Assembly: GCF_022045235.1 (NCBI RefSeq)
Contig: NW_027266319.1
Span: 36,022,001-36,086,000 of the forward strand
Length of the DNA: 64,000 nucleotides
Direction of reading: 5' to 3'
From: Haliotis cracherodii
Lineage: Eukaryota
The position numbers and the translations under genes were made by a program. The notes beneath the pieces are model-generated. The model was not told the DNA's origin. It made no database searches and was given only the letters and a program-made list of their open reading frames with translations. How positions within the stretch are numbered: the first letter of the stretch is position 1; each line of letters opens with the position of its first letter. Shown here in pieces: positions 50,601 to 61,701 of the stretch.

Positions 50601-53600
50601 ACACTAGGACTGATGATAATGGCGGTGTCGTGTCCATAGACCATGCAGCCAAGATGGTTAGTGGGATTATCTTAGTTACCATGGTTACTATATATGTATT
50701 GTCCCCTTTCAGTTCCAGAAGTCAGCTTTCTACTGACTGCATTTGCTTTATTACGCACTCAGATCCAATAAGTGCCCCGAACCAACTTCTAGTTCTAGAT
50801 CAAACAGCAACTAGCCTTATCTTAAGAAACCAGTTCGAAGTTTGAATAGCAAATTTAATTCCTTATGTTGTGAGGCATACCCCTCATTTGTAGGTTTTTT
50901 ATGATGAAATCTGCCAATCCATATTACAAACTGCACAAGATAGACTTACCAATATTGGCAGCAATGATAGAACCCTACCTTGTGGAAGACTGGATGTAAT
51001 TATGACAAGTCCTAACAGCATATGAAGGAAAATAGACTTGGTTTAGCTTAGCTACTATATTAAACAGGGATAAATCAGGTAAATTGACTTTATCTGATGA
51101 AATAATGATTTTTATCCGACATCAAACTTTTGAACTGGTCCTTTACTAACCATAAGTTATTTTTTGTGTAAAATGTTTTTGTGTTTCCAAGAGCATTACT
51201 GCTGTATACATGTGGCTAGCATGTTGGCACCGGAAATAGCAGGTCAACAAATTGTAGCGAGGTACACCAGGGACGTGAGGGCTCGTTTCAGTTGTTTATA
51301 TTCCTTGATGATGTTATGGTTTAGTGTTTATATTGCATTTCATTAGTATTTTTAGCTCATCTGGACATGGTCAATGTTTAACTTACAGGGGTTTCCAATG
51401 TGAAAATAATAGAAATAGGGTTATGAAATATTCTGTGTGCCCGTCGCTGGTTTCTAATGTATACAGTGACATTGCAGAGATTTGCAGAGGATGCAGAGTA
51501 CCTGTGGAAGAGGATGAAGGACTATGAGGATACTCGAGCGGGGATGACACATGATGGGTATCTCAAGATGTATCAGCTGTATCGACCCAAGCTCCCTCAG
51601 TATGACATGATTCTCATCGACGAGGCTCAGGATTTGACACCAGGTACTTTCTCCCGCACACTGGTATCATAGCTCATGTTTTCCTAACAAAGTAGCTTCT
51701 TTATTGTTTACAGTTAGATGAGTGGGCCGATTAGTATCAGTGAAATACTGTTCAATGCAGTTTTAAACCAAAATCACTGATTTAGATGTAGCTTCAGAGA
51801 TAAGATAATTGATACTATTTTGTAGAAAGATGTTTTTCTTGAATAGGTTTCAGTGTTGTTTTCTAATTCTTAGAATGAGATGATGTTTCACCTCTGTTGC
51901 CATGGTTACAGCTGTCATTAGCATCCTGATGAATCAAGAACAGGCTAAGATTCTGGTGGGAGACCCACATCAGCAGATCTACTCCTTCCGTGGTGCCGTC
52001 AATGCCATGCAGCTGATAAGTGCTTCTCACACATTCTACCTTACCCAGGTAAATCAGCTGATAGCTGCATCTTACACATTCTACCTTACTCAGGTAAATC
52101 AGCTGATAGCTGCATCTTACACATTCTACCTTACTCAGGTAAATCAGCTGATAGCTGCATCTCACACATTCTACCTTACTCGGGTAAATCAGCTGATAAC
52201 TGCATCTCACACATTCTACCTTACTCAGGTAAATCAGCTGTTAACTGCATCTCACACATTCTACCTTACTCAGGTAAATCAGCTGATAACTGCATCTCAC
52301 ACATTCTACCTTACTCAGGTAAATCAGCTGATAACTGCATCTTACACATTCTACCTTACTCAGGTAAATCAGCTGATAACTGCATCTCACACATTCTACC
52401 TTACTCAGGTAAATCAGCTGATAACTGCATCTCACACATTCTACCTTACTCAGGTAAATCAGCTGATAACTGCATCTCACACATTCTACCTTACTCAGGT
52501 AAATCAGCTGATAACTGCATCTCACACATTCTACCTTACTCAGGTAAATCAGCTGATAACTGCATCTCACACATTCTACCTTACTCAGGTAAATCAGCTG
52601 ATAACTGCATCTTACACATTCTACCTTACTCAGGTAAATCAGCTGATAACTGCATCTCACACATTCTACCTTACTCAGGTAAATCAGCTGATAACTGCAT
52701 CTCACACATTCTACCTTACTCAGGTAAATCAGCTGATAACTGCATCTCACACATTCTACCTTACTCAGGTAAATCAGCTGATAACTGCATCTCACACATT
52801 CTACCTTACTCATTTACTGCACCATCATCAAGCTTCTCCAATTATTTGGTTGTCAGTGACTATCTCTGTAGCAGCATTTGCTGGGCCCATGATAACAGTA
52901 CCGGTAGTTGTGATGGATTGTGTGTATTTGACACTGGAGAGGGTAGGCAGTGGGGTAGCCTAGGGCTTATCTCGATTTCCCACATGGGTACAATGTGTGA
53001 AGGCCCATTTCCGGTGTGTCCCGCCCTGATATTGCTGGAATATTGACAAAAACAGCAAATAAAACCTACTCCTCACTACACAGACACCACTGGTAACAGT
53101 GGTATTTAGCTCTGTTTGCCTTAGTGTGGAGTTGATATGGAATGTTCAAAAGTAAAGCCTTAGTTTTGCAAACTACAAACTTCACACAACAGAATTGCCA
53201 TGTTCAATTTCAGATGTGACTTTAACATGAATTCCAGTTCCTGTGTTCTGCAATACCATGCATTATGATTTAACTAATGTTTAGTCCAACTAAGTGAATG
53301 TAAGTATGTGTTTAGTCTTTCAGATTTGGCCCTGAGATCGCCCAGGTTGCCGCCAGCTGCCTCGAGGTGTTCAAGCAAGTCCGCCAGAAGACCATCGTGG
53401 GCCACGGAGTTCCAGGTACTCTTCTGTGGTTCCTTGTTACAGGTTAATCACGAGATGGAATCGAAAGACAACCCCTGTGAAGAAAGGGGTAGCGGATGGT
53501 TCGCTACATTAATATGATGGATATGTGCGTGTCCTGTCTCGGCCAATAACAGGTTCTAGTGGCATGTTCAGTAGCACATAATAGTACATGTTGATGTGAG

Positions 53601-56600
53601 GTACCTTATGACTATGTAAATCTACTTTTTGACAATGCTTGAAATTTATTTGTTCATTCTTTCTCCATGTAATTTATGACATTATAGGCCAATTCTTGAG
53701 CCTGACAGTGTATGATTCGGCCATGCTTACCTCGTTTTGACATGTTGATTTGTTTGTAATTAACTTCTATCAAACGCTTTTTAGAGAATTCTGATATATC
53801 GACTTGTCACACTGACCTCTTAATAGCCTTGATAAGCAATACGTGTGTCCATGGGAGTGTCATCATGCCTCTCTACTTGTAACAAACCAAATATGTTTGC
53901 CCAAATTTTGTGCCCCGCCCACTTGTCTCAAAAGCATTTATTGAGTTGCCTGGGTTACCAGTAATACATACAGAGAATCGGTGAACTGTTACAGGAGACA
54001 CAACAGAATGTTTGAACTAAACAGTTGTAACTTCTTTGATAGGCATTTAGAAGTTGGAGTACTAAGTAAGTATAAGAATTTATGGATGAACAACTTCTTT
54101 ATTACAATTTATGGATGAACAACTTCTTTATTACAATTTAAGAGCGATGTTTCGGTGTAGGTTCTAACACTGTTATCAAGCTTGATAATGGTGTTAGAAC
54201 CTACACCAAAACTTCGCTCTTAAATTGTAATAAAGAAGTTGTTCATCCATAAATTCTTATCCTTACTTAAACAGTTGTATTCAGACTAAGGATATCAATG
54301 CAATCAAGAGCAGTTAACTCTGAATCGATACCTGTCTTCCCCGGTGCCTTTGTTTGAGCTGTTTTCCCTCTGTGCTGCAGATATAGAAGCAGTTACACAC
54401 TGTCATGGCAAGCTCAGCATACAATAACAATATTCAGATTCCTGTAAGCTTTTGAAGGGGAGAGACAGCTGTAACCATGGTAACCTGTTTAACCTGACTC
54501 TTGTCCTCCAGGTCACATCCGAGGGGAGAAGGTGGGCCAGAGAGCGATCATCTCCCGACTCAACTTCACCGTGTTCAGTGAAGCGGTCAAGAAGTGCTGC
54601 TACTCACAAGAGGAGTACAAGGTGGCGTTTGTTGGAGTGAGCACCACAGCATTGTCTTGTACACATTCCCACCTGTGTGATATATTTCTTGGTGTACGGC
54701 ATCTTCCCGATGCAAGAGAGTTAACTGACTTTAAAAGTCCAGTTTCCACCCTTGCCGAACTAGGCTGGAATTCCTGGGCTCGATCGTAGCGCCACCAGTG
54801 GCTATTACGAGTTATGTCCTTTCTATGCCTCTCCTATGGACCAATCAGATTCATCTCTTGTATCACTTGCATTTGCTTCAAACAAAACGGGGGCGCCCAG
54901 TCAAGACGATTCTTTCATTGCGAAGTGCATCAAATCACGTGAGCACCTTGATTAAAAACATGAAAAGATTTAGAAAATATCTGCTGACAACGAGTTAGCA
55001 GTGCACATGCTTTGCAAATCCTGCAGTCGACCAAAATCTGCATGACACTTTACGAATGGGATTTCGATTTCGGTGTGCGATTTTGATTGGACTATGCATA
55101 GACTCGTTAGCCCAGCCAAAATGTAACTCCATAATACCAGCCTAGTTCGGCAAGGGTGGAAACTGGACTTTTATAGTCAGTTAACTCACTTGCCTCGGGA
55201 AGATGGGTGTACGGATACACCACTCTTTCAAAGTCCAAATGTTAAAAAACCTTCTTCTTTTTAAATTACCAAATTTTTTTTATTTTACGCTTTAAAATCT
55301 TTGCTTTAAAAAATTCATAAAATGTTAAAGCAAAAAAGATTTTGTTTCCTCGTCGAGTGTAAAGCAAAGGGAAGTCACTCTGATATTTCTTGCTGGGACC
55401 CTTCTCTTATACCATCAAATCTTGTCAGCACAGAGCACAATGATGACCAGTTTAATCGTCGCACATGCTTCCAACATGAATATTGTTATATTGTCATTTG
55501 TGCACAGCACAAGCTGTGTGCCAGGGATATTATAAAATTGTGTTGTTTTACTCCAGAATATGTTTTTTATGCCTTTTAGGACAAAAGTTAAGTAAATAAA
55601 TCCCAGAGGTTTCATGTTTTTGTTCAATTTGCCTACCTCACTTTTGAAATGAGTTTGAAATCCGTAAACCAAGACATAAAAAAATGATACAGCAACACCA
55701 ACATGTATATTTTAGCACTGAATTCAATGCAATACTGTACAACTAGGCTTTAAGGTGTCTTCCTCTTCATTATCTTTGTTGGCCACGATCTCAGGGAAGT
55801 GCAAGACTCTTCAAGGCCAATACATTAGCTAGAACTATGTTAACATGAATTGGGAAGGATCTTAATTTCAATTTGGGAAGTTTTCTGACATTTGCTGCAG
55901 AATCGGGGTTGAATGGGCTAAAAAAATAATAGTCTTGGTTCCCAGGCACTGCCTGCTCATTATGAAGTGCACCTCACATTTTATTTTTATTTCCATTTAA
56001 AAAGAAATATAAAAATCTTTAAATATTTCGTGTCTCAAGGCAGTGAAATGTTACAATACTTAAGAACTACATGATTTTGCTGAAATTGTTACAATTTAAA
56101 AATTTGGTTACATACTGGCTTGAACTACCATCCTCCCCTCCTCCAAATAAAAAAACAAAACAACACCAAAAAACCCACAGCCCACACTTTATTTTCATTG
56201 CCATTGCCTCAGAATCAGGCCTTTTAGTTTTTAAAGCCATATCGACCTCTGAGCATTCCTGATAAATCCCCTGAGTGGTTATCACTGACTTCCAACAAGC
56301 ATGATATGGCTGTTATCACTGACTACTCATACCTATGACCTGGATCGGATTGCGGACTACTGTTTATTCATGTTTATAATTGCCAATATTGAATTTTGGC
56401 ATTACTTGCCACAATTGGCCAATAAACACATCTCATCATGTTCATTGAATGGTAATTGTTTTGTCTTTGGCTGCAATAATGTCAGTGCTATGTTCTCCAG
56501 GGCACAGACAACTTCGGGTTTCCCATGATCATGGATATCTACATCCTGATGATGACTCCAGAAGACAGGAAGAAAGGTAGTCACTAACACTCTCAGACTT

Positions 56601-59600
56601 TTCAACTATCACCAGAGAATTAACGTAGCAGGATAATTGAGTCAGTTGGTTTTAACGCGACATGTCAGCTTAATGTGGGAGGAATGCCCAAAGCGATGCA
56701 GGTCTCAGACGGTTACCACTTTGGTGAAACCCACAAGCATGGGCATGGTGCTGACAGCTAGAAACATAATCGGGGCGAACTGGGATTCCAACCCTCAATC
56801 ATAGGTATCTGGCGTGTCCAAGGGATGCAACTCGCCGCGCCTTAGACGACTGAGCCACAGGATAAGGTACACTAGTACAGTTCTCCTCGTTATAATGCCA
56901 CCTTTCGTTCAGCGGAAAATGTGGCATTATAACCAGGAAGGTGAAAAACAGACCTTACTGAGTCATCTGTGAAAAACAACTGTGATCAGTGCCATTTTTC
57001 AGTATGTTGATTTTAAAGAGGAAACTATCTCCAAATTGTCCAAATTTAAAAAAACAACAAATGGCATTATAAACAGGGAATTGAAATGTTTAAGCAGAAA
57101 AACATTGGCATGGCATTATAACCAGGGTGGCATTTTTAATCAGGGTGGCATTTTAACCAGGGTACCATAATAACCAGGGTAGCATTATGGCCATGGTAGC
57201 ATTATAACCAGGTTAGCATTATGACCAAGGTACCTTTATAACCAGGGTAGGATTATATCCAGGGGCATTATAACCAGGGTGGCATAAACAGCGGCATTAT
57301 GTTCAGGGTAGCATTATAACCAGGGGCATTATAACCAGGGACAATATAACCAGGGGGGCATTATAACCAGGGTGGCATTATAACCAGGGGGCATTATAAC
57401 CAGGGTGGCATTATAACCAGGGGCCATTATAACCAGGGGCATTATAACCAGGGTAGCATTATAACTAGCTGGCATTATAACCAGGGTGGCATTATTACCA
57501 GGGGGGCATTATAACCAGGTTGACTTTATAACCAGGGGCATTATAATCAGGGTAGCATTATAACCAGGGTGGCATTATAACCAGTATGGCATTATAACCG
57601 CGGTAGCATTATAACAAGGGAGGACTGTATATGATTGCTTTTGAAATTGGTTATCATTCGATGAAGCAAAATCAGCAACCAAATTGTGGCGTGGGCATGT
57701 TATGGTAAATGGAATGTGACACATTATAAATCTACTTATCATTATCATGAAATATTATTAATAAGTTGGTCCCTACTGTTTGGAACTTAGAGTAGACAAG
57801 GATACCTTGCTTGACACCATGATTTGGTAGTCAGGCAATGTTTAATTCAAACAACTACACTGGGATTGTACCATCAGGATTCATAAAGTTTCACTGTAGT
57901 TTCATGGGTAATTCTCCTTCAACAAGACCCGTGAAGATCAGGGGTAGAATAGGTCTTCAGCAACCCATGCTTGCCGATAAAGACGACTATGCTTGTCATA
58001 AAATACTACTAAAGGGATCGGGTGGCCAGACTCGCTGACTTGGTTGATGCATGTCATCGATCCCAAGTGCATGGATCGATGCTCATGATATTAATCACTG
58101 GATTGTCTGATCCAGACTCGATTATTTACAGACCGCGTCCGCATAGCTGGAATATTGCTGAGTGCGTCGTTAAACAACAAACCAACCAATTAATCAACCT
58201 TCAACAAAGACAGTCTTAGTTTCTGACCAAGTTACATTCCAGTTGAAAGATCCTATATTTTTGTTTTCAGAGAACCGGAAAATAAACAACCTATTTATTA
58301 GCAAGTTTTCTGGTATAGCAGACTTGGAGAAGTATGCAACCAAAGTGTCAGATGTGGAGCTGATGGGGAAGATCCGCATCGTGAAGACGTTTCACCACAC
58401 CATCCCTATGTGTCTCAGGAAGATTTCAGCCAAGTGTGTCCATGACATCAGACAAGCAGGTACAAGGAGTTTAGTAGTGACAAGTGATACTGCTGCTTGG
58501 ACATTATTAATTGCAACAAAGAGAGTTGTATTAACTTGGCTGACAATATCAACATCATTTTAACCTGCAAGTGTCATTTTTCTCATATTATGTTATGTAG
58601 CAAGTGTGATGTGATGCTGGGAAACATACTGTGAAAATGTTAACTTAGCGTTGTTGTGATTAATTAAGAGTATATATTTTTAATCTTATTACAATCTCAC
58701 ACAATGCATTTCTTCCTTCTTCAATTCGTTTTGTGGAAATTTGCTAAAACAAAGTTTCCAGCTTCAAAAACCTTTTCGCCCGAACACATCCCAGCATTAC
58801 CATAGTCACTGTCCTAACCAATGGGTGCAGGCACTGTAGCCCTGTGTCCCACACGACTGATCACCTGACTACCCTGCAACATCATTCTTCTTTCTTATCA
58901 CCGCCTCCGTGGTCTAGTGGTAGAGCATCCGCCCGGAGAGCGGAAGGTCCGGGGTTCGATCCCCAACCGCATCATACCAAAAGACATTAAAAGATGGTAC
59001 TTGTTGTTACACTGTCTGGCACTCGGCATTAAGGGGCTAAAACAACGACTGTTCGGCTCGGAGTCAGTATACTGTGTCTGAGTGGGGTATTCATGTTAAA
59101 CTGCGGCATGGTATCTCAGTGAACTAGCACTATAAATCGGCGTCAGTCCGGACTAGTACAAGCAGCCACACACACATGTACATGCACGTCGCTATATAAG
59201 TGCAATAATCTTGGATGCGACATTTAACCCCGTTTCACCTCACCTCACCTTCTTTCTTATCACCACTGTGTGGGGACATGTACTTAGTACGAGAGAATAC
59301 TTATATTTTGTGAGAGCTTCTTCTGTATTCTTATCAACATCTATGGCATTATACAGCAAAAAGGACGATCGATACTTCACACAGATCAGCGTATATCTTA
59401 AACATAGAAAAGTCTCGACAAGATAGATGTAAGTACCATAAGGCGAAGAATACCCGCTGTTGAAGAAATAACAAGTTTTGCACATCGTTTTACCACTGAT
59501 TAGTGAACTCAGTATCTGATATAACTTGCTTTTGTCATATTTCCTTTGTTGAAAGAAAGAGGAGTATATTTTAATGTGTTAATACTGCTCTTATGAAGGA

Positions 59601-61701
59601 AAGTACAGTACACAAATGATGGTTGTTTAATTTTGGAGGTTTAATGTCTAAGGGGTGAAAAGGGTGAAGAATAGGTTTGATTTGCCGAGGATGTGTGCAG
59701 CTGACTATCACCGTGAACGGAGACTTGCTTGCTTGAGTGCGAGCGGAGGGCCAGGCTTGTTGTGTCATCAATCGTGTAATTTTGGAAGACATCTCCTCCA
59801 CATCTCCCGTGACCATATATAATTGATAGAAAGGAATAATGTGCGAACAAACCTTATTCATGTGCTGCTTTTGATGTTTTTGAAAATGATATTTTTGTAT
59901 TAACGATGTTACGTAGGATCTATCCAGCAAAGTTGTATATACACATGAGACTTGTGCTTTAGGATGTTTTTTGTGCTCTTGCTACATAAAATATTTACTT
60001 CTTTAGGAAGTCTATTCAATAATACAGCCTAAATTTCAATAATTCTTGGAAACCACACAACAGTTTATTTTGAGAGATTGTATATGTGATCTGTTCTGTT
60101 AATTCGAAAAATTCAAAATGGCTGCCATGACAGCTATAAGATAAATTAAGTGTGTAATCAGCATGATCACTTGAAGCTTTTGTGTAAGATTAATATGATA
60201 GTCAATATATAGTTACTTACAATTGGTGAGAGACTTAGTGTTATTCATATTTGCTTTCCAGCTAAGGTAGTGTTCGATGACTTGTTAGCACAATTATTAC
60301 TCTTGTCAGAAGTCAAAGTCATTGTGAGGATCCTTCACCTTTTACATGGGCATTCACAAGGTATTAAGCTATGAACGTGATGAAGGGGTTATTGGTTTTA
60401 ATCATCCCATGAACATGATGAAGGGGATCCTCAGTTATAGGATCTGGTTGTCTTTCAAAGAGTATGTTGATACATCTACGCGGTTAACATGTGACAAAGA
60501 AATAGACTCTCCCCATGGTCCACCCTGGTGTGTTTCAGATATCATCTTCAGTACTGCACACAAGGCAAAAGGGCTGGAGTTCTCCACAGTCCAGGTGACC
60601 GATGACTTCATCAATAACTCAACTCAAGGTGCTAGCATGGACCTCCGAAGTCTCAGTGAGTTCCTTTATCTTACCCCAACAGAGACCAATGGACCTCCAA
60701 AGTCTCCGTGAGTTCTTTTGTCTAACCCCAAACAGAGACCCATGGATCTCTGAAGTCTCAGTGAGTTCCTTTGTCTTACCCCAAACAGTGACCAATGGAT
60801 TGCTGAAGTCTCAGTGAGTTCCTTTTGTCTAACCCCAAACAGAGACCCATGGATCTCTGAAGTCTCAGTGAGTTCCTTTGTCTTAGCTCAAACAGAGACC
60901 CATGGATCTCTGAAGTCTCAGTGAGTTCCTTTATCTTAGCTCAAACAAAGACCCATGGACCTCCTTCTAAATATTGATGCATGATAAATAATTCTGTTTA
61001 TAAAAATTAGTACATTTTGAGTTTAACTACAAATTAACTAAGTAACTGATTTTGCTTGAAAAAAGAGTGCACTTGGGCCCAATATAATTTGTAGACGGTT
61101 CTTATGAAAAGCCAAGTAGGTAAACAACATTAAGTTCCTGTTGTCACATGACCAGCTGTCATTATTATCCAGATAACATGAGTTGTAGCTCACACTGCTT
61201 TATCTGGACCACCTCTGTGGTCTAGTAGTCTAGTGTCGGCCCGGAGAGCAGAAGCTCCAGGGTTCGATCCCCGGCCGCGTCATACCCAAAGACTTTAAAA
61301 GATGGTACTTGTTGTTACCCTGCCTGGCGTTCAGCATTAAGGGACTTAAACAAGGACTGGTTGGCTTGGAGTCAGTATACTGTGTCTGAGTGGGGTATTC
61401 ATGTTAAACTGCAGCAATACGGTATCTCAGTGTGCTTGCACTATAAAATCGTCATAAGTCCGAAAAAGTACAGGCAGCCATAGCCACACATGCATACATA
61501 CACATCACTATATAAGTGCAATAATCTTGGACTTGACATTAAACCCCATTTCACCTCACCTCCCTCCACTTTATCTGTTTAACAGTGAACATAGCACCAA
61601 TACCAGCTGATGAGGCCAATCTACTTTACGTGGCTGTCACCCGTGCCAAGAATGCCCTCTTGATGTCCCCTATGCTGGTGAAAGTCCTCCAGAACAATGG
61701 G
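38609..61701 (+). CDS. FBH1: F-box DNA helicase 1 (UvrD/SF1 helicase with F-box); 17 coding exons seen, 3' end not found in window
   Basis: Exons 38609-40180 (F-box LPYHLIEHIFCQLPILDL..VCRQWNDII), 41858-41985 (FVPWKKKY), 42480-42603, 43681-43874, 45365-45487, 46764-46861 and 48733-48811 (LTHEQ; Walker A AFAGTGKT), 49317-49406, 50434-50656, 51478-51643 (THDGYLK; Walker B DEAQD), 51912-52048 (VGDPHQQIYSFRGA), 53316-53415 (SFRFGPEIA), 54512-54636, 56501-56576, 58271-58459, 60539-60655 (STAHKAKGLEF), 61586-61701 (NLLYVAVTRAK). Confidence 0.93.
42634..43288. mobile_element. Tigger/pogo-like MITE (TA target)
   Basis: ta|cagtagaacacggatataatgaa ... ttcattatgtccatgttttgctg|ta. Confidence 0.65.
43335..43670 (+). 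repeat. Minisatellite, 33-bp unit, ~10 copies, running into the FBH1 exon 4 acceptor
   Basis: gtaagcatattgtctgtttataggcatgtaaaa repeated. The last copy merges into gcatatttgtctgtccattgcag|GAAGCC. Confidence 0.93.
43960..45394 (+). repeat. Acceptor-junction minisatellite of FBH1 exon 5 (43-bp unit, ~33 copies)
   Basis: Unit ctttgtgtttcag|CATGCACTATCGAGTGTTCTATGCCCTGTA is the 3' splice site plus the first 30 exon nt (MHYRVFYALY). Confidence 0.96.
45580..46178. mobile_element. PIF/Harbinger-like MITE
   Basis: TIR tgcctcagtaacatttgc / gcaaatgtgactgaggca, TSD TTA. Confidence 0.85.
48311..48687. mobile_element. TIR element (MITE, superfamily unassigned)
   Basis: taggcataaaaaaaat..ttggttctcaagca / tgcctgagaaccaag..atttttttagcctta. 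A related left end occurs at about 55913. Confidence 0.55.
49448..50172. repeat. Minisatellite, 42-bp unit, ~17 copies, ~40 bp after the FBH1 exon 8 donor
   Basis: ccagatcctaacatgagtcatgaaattgatacaagtgttgtc repeated. Confidence 0.96.
52010..52811 (+). repeat. Donor-junction minisatellite of FBH1 exon 11 (45-bp unit, ~18 copies, in frame)
   Basis: Unit CAGCTGATAACTGCATCTCACACATTCTACCTTACTCAG|gtaaat, with 17 donors from 52048 to 52768 at 45-bp spacing. Confidence 0.97.
54030..54267. mobile_element. Palindromic insertion resembling inverted Penelope-like termini, 12-bp TSD
   Basis: Long inverted repeat centred on aag/ctt at 54180/54181. TSD taaacagttgta at 54018-54029 and 54268-54279. Each arm has a hammerhead-like core followed by aataaa. 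Confidence 0.65.
54700..55205. mobile_element. Second full copy of the Mutator-like MITE
   Basis: Near-identical to 6801-7345. TSD GGTGTACGG at 54691-54699 and 55206-55214. Confidence 0.9.
56878..57627. mobile_element. Tc1/mariner-type MITE with internally amplified ~17-bp satellite
   Basis: ta|cagttctcctcgttataatgc ... gcattataacaagggaggactg|ta. ggcattataaccagggt is repeated over about 57060-57615. Confidence 0.8.
60636..60962 (+). repeat. Donor-junction minisatellite of FBH1 exon 16 (~53-bp unit, ~6 copies)
   Basis: Unit CATGGACCTCCGAAGTCTCA|gtgagttcctttgtcttaccccaaacagagacc. Confidence 0.92.
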
